Shown here: positions 12,334-23,211 of the stretch, in pieces
Layout: every line of letters starts with the position of its first letter
How positions within the stretch are numbered: the stretch's first letter is position 1
Assembly (NCBI GenBank): GCA_040954595.2
Contig: CM082586.2
Coordinates: forward strand, 2,609,124-2,673,123
DNA: 64,000 nucleotides
Direction of reading: 5' to 3'
Source of the DNA: Balanoglossus misakiensis
Lineage: Eukaryota > Animalia > Hemichordata
Position numbers and translations under genes: made by a program
Notes under the pieces: generated by a model
Database searches by the model: none
Told to the model about the DNA's origin: nothing
The model's input: the letters and a program-made list of their open reading frames with translations, nothing else

Positions 12334-13980
12334 ATGTTTTCCAAACCAAAGCAAAGTTACCTACATGCCGCATCTCGCTTTCCATTGACTGGGAAAACCT
12401 TGTGCGATTCCCTCGACCAATCAGCGGCCAAGTTCCCCGATCGAGAGGCATACGTTTTCGTCAAGAATTCCACCAAGAAACGGTTCACGTTCAGACAACT
12501 ACGAGAAGATGCTCTCCGTCTGGCCGCTGGTTTCGTTCACCTTGGTTTTGTGCCAGGGCAGCGTGTTGGCCTCTGGTCCGGCAATTGCTACGAGTGGGTT
12601 ACATCCCTTTACGCGATGGGTTACGCCAAATTGGTTTGCATTCGTATATGTCCTGATTACAAGGAAGAGTTTCTGGAATTCGTGATCAACAAAACCCAAA
12701 CCAGCGCTTTGATCCTCGCTTCCGGTGGTGATCAAGAGAGAGTCCTGCTGAATGTCTATCCTGAGGTAGCACAGCCAAGCCGAAGTATCACCTCGAAACT
12801 TCAGACAATTATTCACCTAGGGAATGAAGACAAGCCAGGCATGATACGATATGCAGACGTCCTGACGATGGGAGATAAGGAAGATTTCAAGCACGTCCAG
12901 GATTTGCGACAATCTGTTGGGCAAGATGATGAACTGGTAATGCAGTTCACGTCCGGCAGTACAGGGATGCCGAAGACAGTGGTCAAATCGCATAAATGCA
13001 TATTGGAGAATGTACATGCATTAGGTCGACACCTGTCGGAATTTACCAAGGGAGATGTTTGCTTTCTGTCGATGAGCTGCTTTGCCTATGCAAGCGGCGA
13101 TCGTTCCTCTTTTATGGGCGTCAGTCATGGTTTCAAAACGGTGATACCAGATCCCGAGTCTGGACCAGAATCGTGGGCAACTTTGATCTCAGAAGAAAAA
13201 GTCTCGGTCGTTTTTCTTCTGTTTAATTTCTTCTTGGAGTTTCTCAATCACGCCAAGGTCCAAGAGCCTGATTTGAGTTCTCTGAAGTACCTCATCACAG
13301 CAGGTAACTTCGTTCCCGCTGAAATTCTGGAAATGGGAAGGCGCATGATACACCCGAATATTTATACCATTTTGGGAAGTACAGAGCTGGGCCTCATGAC
13401 GATCAACCACAACAGCGAGAAGTTTGAAAAGGTTGGCTATCCCTTAGATCACAACGAGGTGAAAATAATCGACGACGACGGCCAAATCGTACCTCGGGGG
13501 ACCACAGGAGAGCTGTGCGTAAGATCACCGTACATGATGATAAGATATGAAGGTGATGATTTCAGAACGGAGTTAGCTAAGGATAAGTCCGGCTGGTTTC
13601 ACACCAACGATCTCTGTACCATGGATGAAGATGGATACCTTGACATCGTCGGGCGCAAGAGGGATATCATTATAAAAGGGGCATTCAATGTTTATCCCTT
13701 TTCTGTTGATCGTGTTCTCACCAGACACCCCAAAATCAAGCTGTCGCAGACGGTGGGAGTTCCCGATGAAAGATATGGAGAAGAAGTTTGTGCCTGCATT
13801 TGTCTGGAAGACGGAGAAGAAGCCAAGGTGGAGGAAATTGTGGAATTCGCAAGACCGCTTCTGCCACGTTTTTTCATGCCGACGTACATACTAATTTTCG
13901 ACGTCTTTCCTTCCAACCCAACCGGCAAAGTCATCCTAGCTGAACTCAAACGCATGGCCCGGGAAATGATCGGGAAGTGA
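12334..13980 (+). CDS. AMP-dependent acyl-CoA synthetase, ACSF2-like (548 aa from ATG 12334, single coding exon)
   Basis: P-loop QFTSGSTGMPK, LGSTE (YGxTE-like), GELCVRSP, GWFHTNDL, GRKRDIIIKGAFNV, GVPDERYGEEVCA and catalytic-Lys motif NPTGKV. A splice acceptor ttcag ends at 12324, just upstream of the ATG; ORF residues before it look intronic. Confidence 0.9.
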   Translation: MFSKPKQSYLHAASRFPLTGKTLCDSLDQSAAKFPDREAYVFVKNSTKKRFTFRQLREDALRLAAGFVHLGFVPGQRVGLWSGNCYEWVTSLYAMGYAKLVCIRICPDYKEEFLEFVINKTQTSALILASGGDQERVLLNVYPEVAQPSRSITSKLQTIIHLGNEDKPGMIRYADVLTMGDKEDFKHVQDLRQSVGQDDELVMQFTSGSTGMPKTVVKSHKCILENVHALGRHLSEFTKGDVCFLSMSCFAYASGDRSSFMGVSHGFKTVIPDPESGPESWATLISEEKVSVVFLLFNFFLEFLNHAKVQEPDLSSLKYLITAGNFVPAEILEMGRRMIHPNIYTILGSTELGLMTINHNSEKFEKVGYPLDHNEVKIIDDDGQIVPRGTTGELCVRSPYMMIRYEGDDFRTELAKDKSGWFHTNDLCTMDEDGYLDIVGRKRDIIIKGAFNVYPFSVDRVLTRHPKIKLSQTVGVPDERYGEEVCACICLEDGEEAKVEEIVEFARPLLPRFFMPTYILIFDVFPSNPTGKVILAELKRMAREMIGK

Positions 13981-14659
13981 AGGCAACGAAGGAAGATATT
14001 GCCTTGTACCTGTATCGACATTCAATTATTTTTTGTTCGATATCAATCTTCGAATAGCCATGTTTTGTTTACCATTTTTGCTCTTTGTATGTATTATTGG
14101 TCTTTTTAGTAAGGGCATTATTAATAATTTACGCGAGTAGCTTGTTTTGACTTATTATATTCTTCTGTTTGTTATTTCGTAAGGAGCTCCCAGCATCCCT
14201 TTACTCTTACAGAGATAAAGGGAATGCCCAAAGACGACGGCATTTCCAGTCAAGGTCAACATTTTATTCACTACTCATCTGTAGCTTTCTAAAAATCGAA
14301 ATTACAAACAATGTTTAGAAACATGTTTTTCGGAGCATTATTCACGCTCTACGTGTTCCCATAATATTCAATTATTTTAATGGTATTAAATCTTTTGTGT
14401 GACACATTTGGAATCAGTGACGTAACTACTACCTATTGTCCGAAGTCGCCATTATTGTCAAACGAATAGGTGAAAGATCAATGCATTAATTATATTTATC
14501 TGAAGGTACTTTGTATACAATTCGTTAAAACAAATAAAACACACAGTATATACATATGCTTCATTCAATTTAGTTTATACATGCACGTACTTGTCAATCT
14601 TTTCAAACATCAATGCAGGTCTTGCTGGGTTTGAGAATAGTCTGGAAGTTTCTCGGATT

Positions 14660-17600
14660 TCACAGAATATCACATGATTTAGACACAGGCTTAGCTGACT
14701 GCTGGTGTTGTGGACGGCCAGGTGCTGCGCGCATTTGATTTGCCTGGGGGTGTGGTACTGGTTGCGCCATCGGCTGTTGAATTGGGGCTTGTGGACTTCT
14801 CATTTGGCTTGATTGTTGTTGGATACCTGGTACTGCAGGCTGCGATTGATGGTCTCCTCGAGACTGAGGTATCGATGGTTGCTGGGTCGGTTGCTGGCCA
14901 GCTGGCTGGGCTGTCCACGACGATTCTCCACTCGATGTCCCTTTGAAGAACATGAATCTTCCATCAGCCGTTGTTATGATGACCCTGTTGGTCTTGGGTA
15001 AAACGCAGACTGCGTCAATTGGCGAGTATCCAAAAACATTAGCTAGCTGCACCCCGCTTCTGGTACTCCATACCTTTACACTAATTTCTGATATAGCAGC
15101 AGTGAGGAGATAGAGGTCGTCACCCGTGATTTTCGCTGTGTGAACAACATTGGAGTGGCCTTTGAACACGTGGACCAGTCTCAGCGATGCCAAATCCCAC
15201 AATTTCGCTGTCTTGTCAGATGAGGCTGTTACAAAGAATTGGTCTCTGGAAGAAAGCTCTACCAGTGTAAACGTATCTTCACTGTTTTCTTCGTCCTTTT
15301 CATGGGCCTGGAACACTCTCGTAAACTTCCCTGATGCAACATCGCACATCTTCAGTTTACCGTCTTCCCATCCAGTCAAAAGGACTCGTTCATCCTTCGT
15401 CAGAGCCGCTACAGATATATAGTCATCTCCCGTCTGAGGTCTCAATTCAACATCGTATATTGTTGTAACTTCGGGCTTGAGTTTCATCAGGACAATATTA
15501 TTGGTACAGGGCAGCAGGAGCCTGTCGCCACTCAGGAAGAAGATGCCAGACACCCTTGAAGGAGGGTCATACTCCTTGAGGTACCATCTCTTGTTAATAT
15601 CAAAGACGTAGATGTCATCGACGTATCTATCACCACCCAATAAGAGAGCAGTTGTTGAATCACCAGATACCAGTAGACCATTACAGTAAGCGTCCATATT
15701 CTTGAAGTTTGGCTGCACTGGTTGCAGGGTTCTTGTGTTGAACTCAAACAGCTCGTATCCTCCACATGCAAACAGGCGTTGACCATCGGGTGTGCTGTCA
15801 AGACCACCGAGAGTGTGATCATAGAGACCGGACCATTCTTGTGTTACCATGTGCTTGCCTTTCTCAACATCATATAGAGATATGCTTTTTCCTGATTTAT
15901 TGATCAACGCAACACGTTTTTCTTGATCCAGGAGCTGAAATCTATGAACAATTCGACGAAGGTATGGATAATTCTCGGCGTATGTTTTACTGTCATCTTC
16001 GTCATATTCATCATTTTCGTCTTCACTATCATCATCACCACTCTCCTGATTGTCCTCGTCTCCTGATTTCTTCATCTCTAGCTGTGATCTGACGCTGTCA
16101 ACATTCCACACCTTGATGGTTCTGTCAGAAGACCCAGTGATGGCTAATACTGTTGGCGGCATGTTGACAAAACATGTGGCATTGATGGTTTGGTTGTGCG
16201 TGAGGCGACATAGGAGTTTACAAGACTCGTTGTCTGATGACGTTTCATCCTCCGGTTTCCATATAGCTGCACTGTGGCTGTCACTCCCCCACGTCACAAC
16301 CGTCTTCAAATTATCCGTGAAGAATATTTCAGCATCTGAGCCTTCGCCATGTGAATTAAACCACATTGATCGAACCACTTTCTTCTCTTCTATGTTGTAT
16401 ATGTTCACTTCGTCGGTGGATCCAGTATCTTTGTACATGACATTTTTGTCATCGTTGAGGAACTTCACACAGACAGCCGTACTGCACTGCTCCTCAGAAA
16501 GGTCGTTGAACTCACCTGAGTACACATCTAGGATACCATGCTGATAAAAATGCATAGCAACAAAGCGCCCATTTGCAGACACTGCCATCTTGCTACAGGG
16601 ACTCTGCTGCATATTTCGACGATCACGGACTTCTGTCAACATTTTCCCCGAATACAGGTCCCATATTTTGATACATGGGTCTTCTTCATCACCACACGTA
16701 ACGATGAGTGGTCGTCCATCTTGAGCACGTGCAATCACAAGGTCATTAATGAAATCTAATCAATACAAAATGGAAAACAGGAAACAATATATCACGCTGT
16801 ATCCTGGCAAAATTGAAGGTCACCAATTTCAAATATATTGAAATTGCTGTGGCATACATTCTTGCATACACTCCTCATAGGAGATTTTAATTTATTTTCT
16901 GAGAACCTTTTCCCGAGGCATATACTACAATAAGCACTACTCACCTTTATGCGCTTGAACACTGCATATTTGTCGCCCATTCTCCAGACTCCAGACCTTA
17001 AAGAAGAACTCTCTCACATATGTCGTACGTTCAACACGCTGGGAATACATCTCGCTGATGGCAAACTTTGAATCTGGTGTAAATCTCATCGGGATTTTTC
17101 CAAGTCCTGTGTGACCTTGGAGTTGCAGGAAGTGTTCACCAGTTTCAATATTCCACACGTGAATCTCGTCACTCTGGTCTTCTTCTTCTCCTGTTGGGGA
17201 GTCAATTATCTTATGTCATTCAACACATTCTACTGAAACACTTTGTACCATGTAAGACAAAATAATGTTTTTAACATGCTGCTCCAGTGATAAATAATAC
17301 AAGATAAAGGTTGTAAAACTAACGCCATGCTTTATATATAATGTAATCAGACTCACCTGCTGCATATGTGTAAGTTACTGCTAGCAGATTATCCGGTGTG
17401 ATCGCAATGCCACTGATTGGATGGCGGTGTTTGTCTTTAAGCGTATGGAGAATAGTACTGCTCTCGATTTCCCAAATGATGGCTGTCAGGTCTCTTGAGC
17501 CACTGACCAAGAATCGACCATCTGATGTCGTTGCTAGGGACAGGACAGCATCTGAATGCCCCATCAGCTGTGTCCTCAACAGCCCTCCAGGCGCAGGGAA

Positions 17601-20600
17601 ACACTGGTTGTAAGGTATGAGGGGAACATCTCTCACCGTTACACTCTCCGCATCTTTGACAAGTTGCTTGATGTGCGGCAATGTGTTGTCTTTCAGTCGC
17701 CCAACAACCTCAACTATGAGATTGTTTGGGTTTTCTCGAAGAGCTGACGCCCCTACACGAATGGTATCGCCCACGAGTCGCAGTTCTTCGTCTTCGTCGT
17801 ATTTCGCTTGTGCCATGGTGAAATCTTGCAAGACCTCTGCAAGGTTCATTGCTGTCAACTTAGTCAACAGGAACCGGAAGTTACACAGCGCATCTTTCTT
17901 GAGTGCATCAACGTTATCAGCATGGATTAGGTGATAAGGTAGTTGTTCCAACTTGCGTATGTTGTACCGATTTTCTCCACTTCCAAACTCCATTGGCTGA
18001 GGAGCAACTTTCCTGTCTTCTTCATCTTTCTGGCCTTTCCCGAATTTCTTCATCTGATCTTTGGTGTACATGAAGGGTTTCTTCTTTCCCCCACTCCAGA
18101 CGCCATTGAAATACTCTGCGCATAACTGGTGAAGCTTTTGGACAGTTTTCGGATCTTGTAAGTAGCGCTCTTTGGAGGCCTCAATAAACTGACGGTGGTA
18201 CCAATAAATGACTCGGGATCCTTCTGCCTCTCGCTCGACGAGGTAGTCGTTGATTTCAGCTCGAATTCGTGTCCACAGCAGAGGTGGTATTCTTCGAGTC
18301 GGTGGCAACCAGTAAGCATAGACATCTTGCAAGACGTCATCATCAAGGGAAAGTAAATCTTCCAGCTCAGCCTCAGCAATACCATTCTGAGATATGGTCA
18401 TGTACGCCAGCGCATGTGACACCAACATCTTCCCGTGATATTCTTCTAGTCTATCAAATATCAATGATATCATACCTTTCACGGATGGCTCAACTTTAAT
18501 GGCGCTTGTTGGTAAGTAAGACTGCCAACGTGATGCTTGGTCAAACAATAACTTCAGGAACAAGGGTAAACTGCACTGTTGAATTCCACTCGATATGATG
18601 GCCTTCTGTTCAGAATTTGTAGACCTCTTTTCGGAGTGCAACCACGAATCCATTATCTTTATACTGTCATCTACAGAGAGTTGCGTCACTTCCGTGTAGC
18701 GAGTTGTTTGAGGTGACAGGATTGACTGCAGTGTAGGCAGAATACCGTGTTCTTTAGGAAGAGTTGATATCACCAGGGCGGCATGCGGTGGTAAGAACCT
18801 GGGAATCCAACCCATTCTGTGAGCGCCCTCGCTGGCCGATAGTTGATCCAGAGAATCTAGGAAGATTATCAGGGGGCGCTCTTTGCTGGCATATCGAAAC
18901 ATCTGTGAAAACCATCGAACAACCTTGAAGTAGTCATCAGGTAGCTGCTGATTTCCATAACCATATATGGTCAATACCTGTTGGCAGACTGATTTCAGCA
19001 GCTGTCTAATACCAGTACTGGCCGGAGTTGTACCGAGGAACCTCAACACCACAGCAGAGTTGTTACGCCCAAACCATTCTGTAGCTGTTTGAAGTGCTGC
19101 TTTTGCCATGACAGACGTTTTACCACTTCCAGACTCGCCATAGATTACCATAGGAGATGCTGTTGCAGGGGTTCCTTTCATTCGCTCAGCCAAATATCCT
19201 TTGATTGTTGACAGGATATCTTCCCTTCCATGAAACGATTGGCATTTTACCTTGCAGAAAGTCAGATGCTGTAGGAGCTCTTCATACATGGGATGGTTAC
19301 TCACATGGTGTTTGTCTTTTTCTACTGCTTTGTCAATCATGCTGGTTATAGTGACTTCAAACGTCTTCAGAAAGTTGTCAAGGTACTTCTTATGCTGTGG
19401 AATATCCAGATCAATTCCCTTCTCGGACCAAGTATCCAACGTGGAAACGACTAAGTTAGGGGTCTTCAAGCATCCGGGTACCTTTGAATCCCTTAAGTCG
19501 TTCAGCAGAGTCTGGGCGTCTTCATCAACGCTATTCGTTTCCCAATTGATGTCTATGAAATTCTTCGCCTCTTTTTCATCTGCTCGCTTTTCCAGGTCAG
19601 CGAATTTCCTCACGAAGCAAACACAGTGATCCTGTTTGCCGCCAGCTTCCAGCACGCCATGTTGTACCTCATCATGAGTCACTGCAATATTCAAGAGATA
19701 TTCATGTTGAGTTATATAGCCTTCCATAACCTATGCAACAGTTACTACAGAAATCTGAGCGCCACAGTGTGAAAACGTATTATATCTGACGATTGCTATA
19801 CCTGATATTTTGAACTTCGACGCCTGTTTTTCATTAAATTTCCCCTTCTTTTGGCATATCGAAGAAGCCTCCCTAAGTTGCATCTGAATGGTTTCAAAGA
19901 TTTCCCACCACTTATTTCTGTCGGCCGCCATTTTGTCAGGATTGGCGTTGTCGTTGAAGTGAGTCAACTTTGAACTGATCGGCTGAAGTATGTAAACTGG
20001 CGGCACGGCGTTGTCATCCTTCTGGAACCACTCGTCCAACAAGTCGACTGCTTTGCCTTCTTCGCTCAATACCGCCCTCATCGCTTCTAATTCTGCCGCC
20101 GGTATATTTGGCGGGAAGGGCCGGTAGCCATACTTCTGACACAGAAATGTCTGAAAGATAGCAACAGAAACGTGGACAAATTTTGAGTACAGAAGAAAGA
20201 TCAACGTGTATCCAAATAGACAAACTAAAAATCTATCATCGTCAACACTCAGCCAGCAACAGTAAATTTGACATAGATAACACACACTGTAGCAGTCTGT
20301 GAACCAATGGAAAATCAGAAATGTATCAAAACACATCCCCAAATTTGGACATGGCGCGAAACTTCTCTCACGTGGCTCATTACACATCCGGCAAACTACT
20401 ATTCAATCAAAAATAGAATTCTTCCGACCTTGTATTACTCCACAAACATTATATCAGACCCGATAAATTAGGCAGAGGACGAGAGTGTAGATAGTGCAAC
20501 AGTGATAGCACCTTGGTATGGTCAGCTGAGTTCACATGTACAAAAAAGATGGCTTAGTTCATCCACAGAAATTTTAGGGGCTGACCTCACGTGACGACTC

Positions 20601-21425
20601 GCGCTTCTTTTACATGATTTTGTGAACCGTTCACAGTATCAATGGCGCCTCTAAAGTGCTGGACCAGCTCAAAGTTGGAAGAGGGGGTGTACGCTTTAAA
20701 AATATGAGACAAAACTCACCACAAAATTTGGACCAGTCGAAAGCTTCTGACACGCTGCGATTTCATTCATGCAAAGTGCTGACGTCATGTGATCGTCCGT
20801 AGCTTCATCGCGTACTCCCCATCTCATGTCCACCACTTGAAATTCCAAGCCATGTTTCGATTTGCAGTAGTCTTTCAGTTTGGGATAGATTTTTTCCATC
20901 AAGGCATTGCGTTCCACTGAGGTATCTGTACAAAAACGATTCGGTAAAAAATATGAAAATAACAATGTGATTTTAGGGTCGAGGTTTTACCATGTATAAA
21001 TGTGCGAGTCAGCAGGATCATGAAAAGAGGGAGTTGGTAGAGATTCTACCACGATGATTAACACTTGTGTGTTGCCAGGCACTGATTTCATCCCTCTTGC
21101 CTAATACCTGCATTTGAATCTTTATATGTACATAGTGACACAGATAGGTGCGTGTATATTTGATCATGGCACAGATCGGATCGGAGCTGAAAACGTGTCA
21201 TGGACTGTATCGAATGAGGGTCAATTATGCATATATTATATAAGTTTCAACGGCGACTAGGCATTGACTCGAGTCATGCGGAAATCACAGTAAATGAACG
21301 GAATACAAAACAGACATACCTGTAAACGTTGAACTTGTAAAGATTCGAACAACTCTTGATCTCAGTGGAGGCAGAGCTACCCCTAATTTGCCCAGGAGCA
21401 ACTGATTTTCAACTTCGGTTGCCAT
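14660..21425 (-). CDS. NACHT and WD40 repeat protein (NWD1/NWD2-like STAND NTPase), paralog A; 6 coding exons: 21425-21320, 20925-20720, 20150-19802, 19681-17357, 17190-16945, 16755-14660
   Basis: Exon 1 MATEVENQLLLGKLGVALPPLRSRVVRIFTSSTFT. Exon 2 carries DUF4062-type motifs ERNALM...VDMRWGV...LCMNEI. Walker A GESGSGKT, Walker B IFLDSLD, RRIPPLLW and WYHRQF helical motifs, multiple GH...WD/WN repeats. Ends KSCDIL*. All junctions are GT-AG and phase-compatible. Confidence 0.93.
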
Positions 21426-23211
21426 GGTTCCACCTGTACTGTGTTAAGTCACCACAGACTACAACCTGTTCGACAGACAGACAAACGTTTGCTCAATACG
21501 AGTCATATGAAGGCGATGTGTGGTTATGTCGGAAAAGCCAGTTCAAGTCAGACTGGGGTTCAAGGTAAACCACTGCAAGGCTTTGCATATAAAGTATCAC
21601 AGATGTCCCAGTTGACAGTCTATATTCTACTAGTGCCGACGCACATTGAATGGTTACGTCTCGGTCAAGTCAGCACTCATAACTCTTGAACCCTTGACGT
21701 TTATTGCAATAAATAGGCCGAGATGTCTTACATAAACCTCAAGATCGCGTATATCTCATCATCCCACTTCACTTGATCATTGTATTCATGCGCGTAGTTA
21801 AGGTCACACATATCACCACAGTAAAATCAGGACGACAAAAGACTCACCTATACATTATTCAGACTCTCTCCGTACTGGGTGCTGTATGTAGCCTTCCGAG
21901 GCGTGCAGCTGTATAGACACGGCAGAGAGGGAGAACCCTGACACACACTCCTTCCGAAGGCAAACTCTGACATGAAATGCGCCGTGTGTGACGATGACAC
22001 GCCCCTTTCTGACATTACCGTGACGACCAAACATAACATGAACACATTCAGGTTTAACAACGCAGACGTCTCCATATTCTACCTAAACCAGGTCACGTTC
22101 CCCTAAGCGTGTCACTGATATGCTGAGCTCGCTTAAATAATTTCCATTTCAAGTCAAGCATAGAGTTAAACAAATAATAATTCGCCAGCATTAATAAATA
22201 AATGCTCCTCGACAAGACCAAAATCGGCATTTATACTGAGATATGTTCAATTTTTGGATGTGAACTTTAGTTCCGTTCAGTGCAATTGCCACGTGTAAGT
22301 CAACAATACCAATGGACTAATTACGTAATACCTCTAGACATTGACACCACACTGTTGACAGTAGATTGTTCAGCAAGGTGTGATATATTTGTTGGATCGA
22401 TGTCACAGATCAATACTCAAATGTGCACGTGTTTTATTATGTAACGGCGAAATAATGTATAAAACGACAGAATATAACGGCACTGACAGACAGACAGACA
22501 CAAAAACATACAGACGCAACTGAACAGTACGTGTCATGCAAGCGTATGCTACTTTTCAGTGTGTTTTTTTTGCATTATGAATATAATACACCGAATCTTT
22601 GGCAACATATCGAATCGAATTCCTTTGGTTCCCCCTAACTAACGGGCGAATCTCGACATCTCAAAAATAACGTATGCATAACGGGTTTTAAAAACCATAA
22701 TTTTATTTCAGCTGATAACTTACAGTATCTGTAACACATAGAATACCGTGTCATAAATGTAGATATATTAGCACAGCGATGTATGATGTTATCTTTCATA
22801 TTTATGTCAATTTCAACATTTAATGTAGAGGTCGTGTATGTTGTACGTGTTCGTATATGGCAGATACGCTTCTTGCCATAGCAACAGACATTGTTCACCT
22901 CAGGAAGGTCATCTTACCCACGTCACTCACGTGACACTGACTTAAAAGGCGACCATTTAAACATAGAAGAATACCTTGGTACTGCCTTGGGTCGGTGTTG
23001 AATTCAGGTAACACCACCATGGTGACAGACTTGCAATAGGAAATGTCGACTGTCCATCAAGATTAGCTGTTTTAATCGCTGGCCACCATAATATCAGTGA
23101 AATCGGAAATTCTCATCGGTTAGTGAGGGAGGTGGTGAGCTCAGCTTGCGTTACACACACACTGCTGTTTGTCTTCAGACCGTGCGTTTGATTTTGTAAG
23201 GTGAATGAATA
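21426..23211. promoter_or_regulatory. Shared divergent promoter / 5'UTR interval of the two NWD-like genes
   Basis: The two start codons face away from each other ~1.8 kb apart. Splice acceptors just upstream of each ATG imply non-coding first exons inside this interval. Exact TSSs are not visible. Confidence 0.6.
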
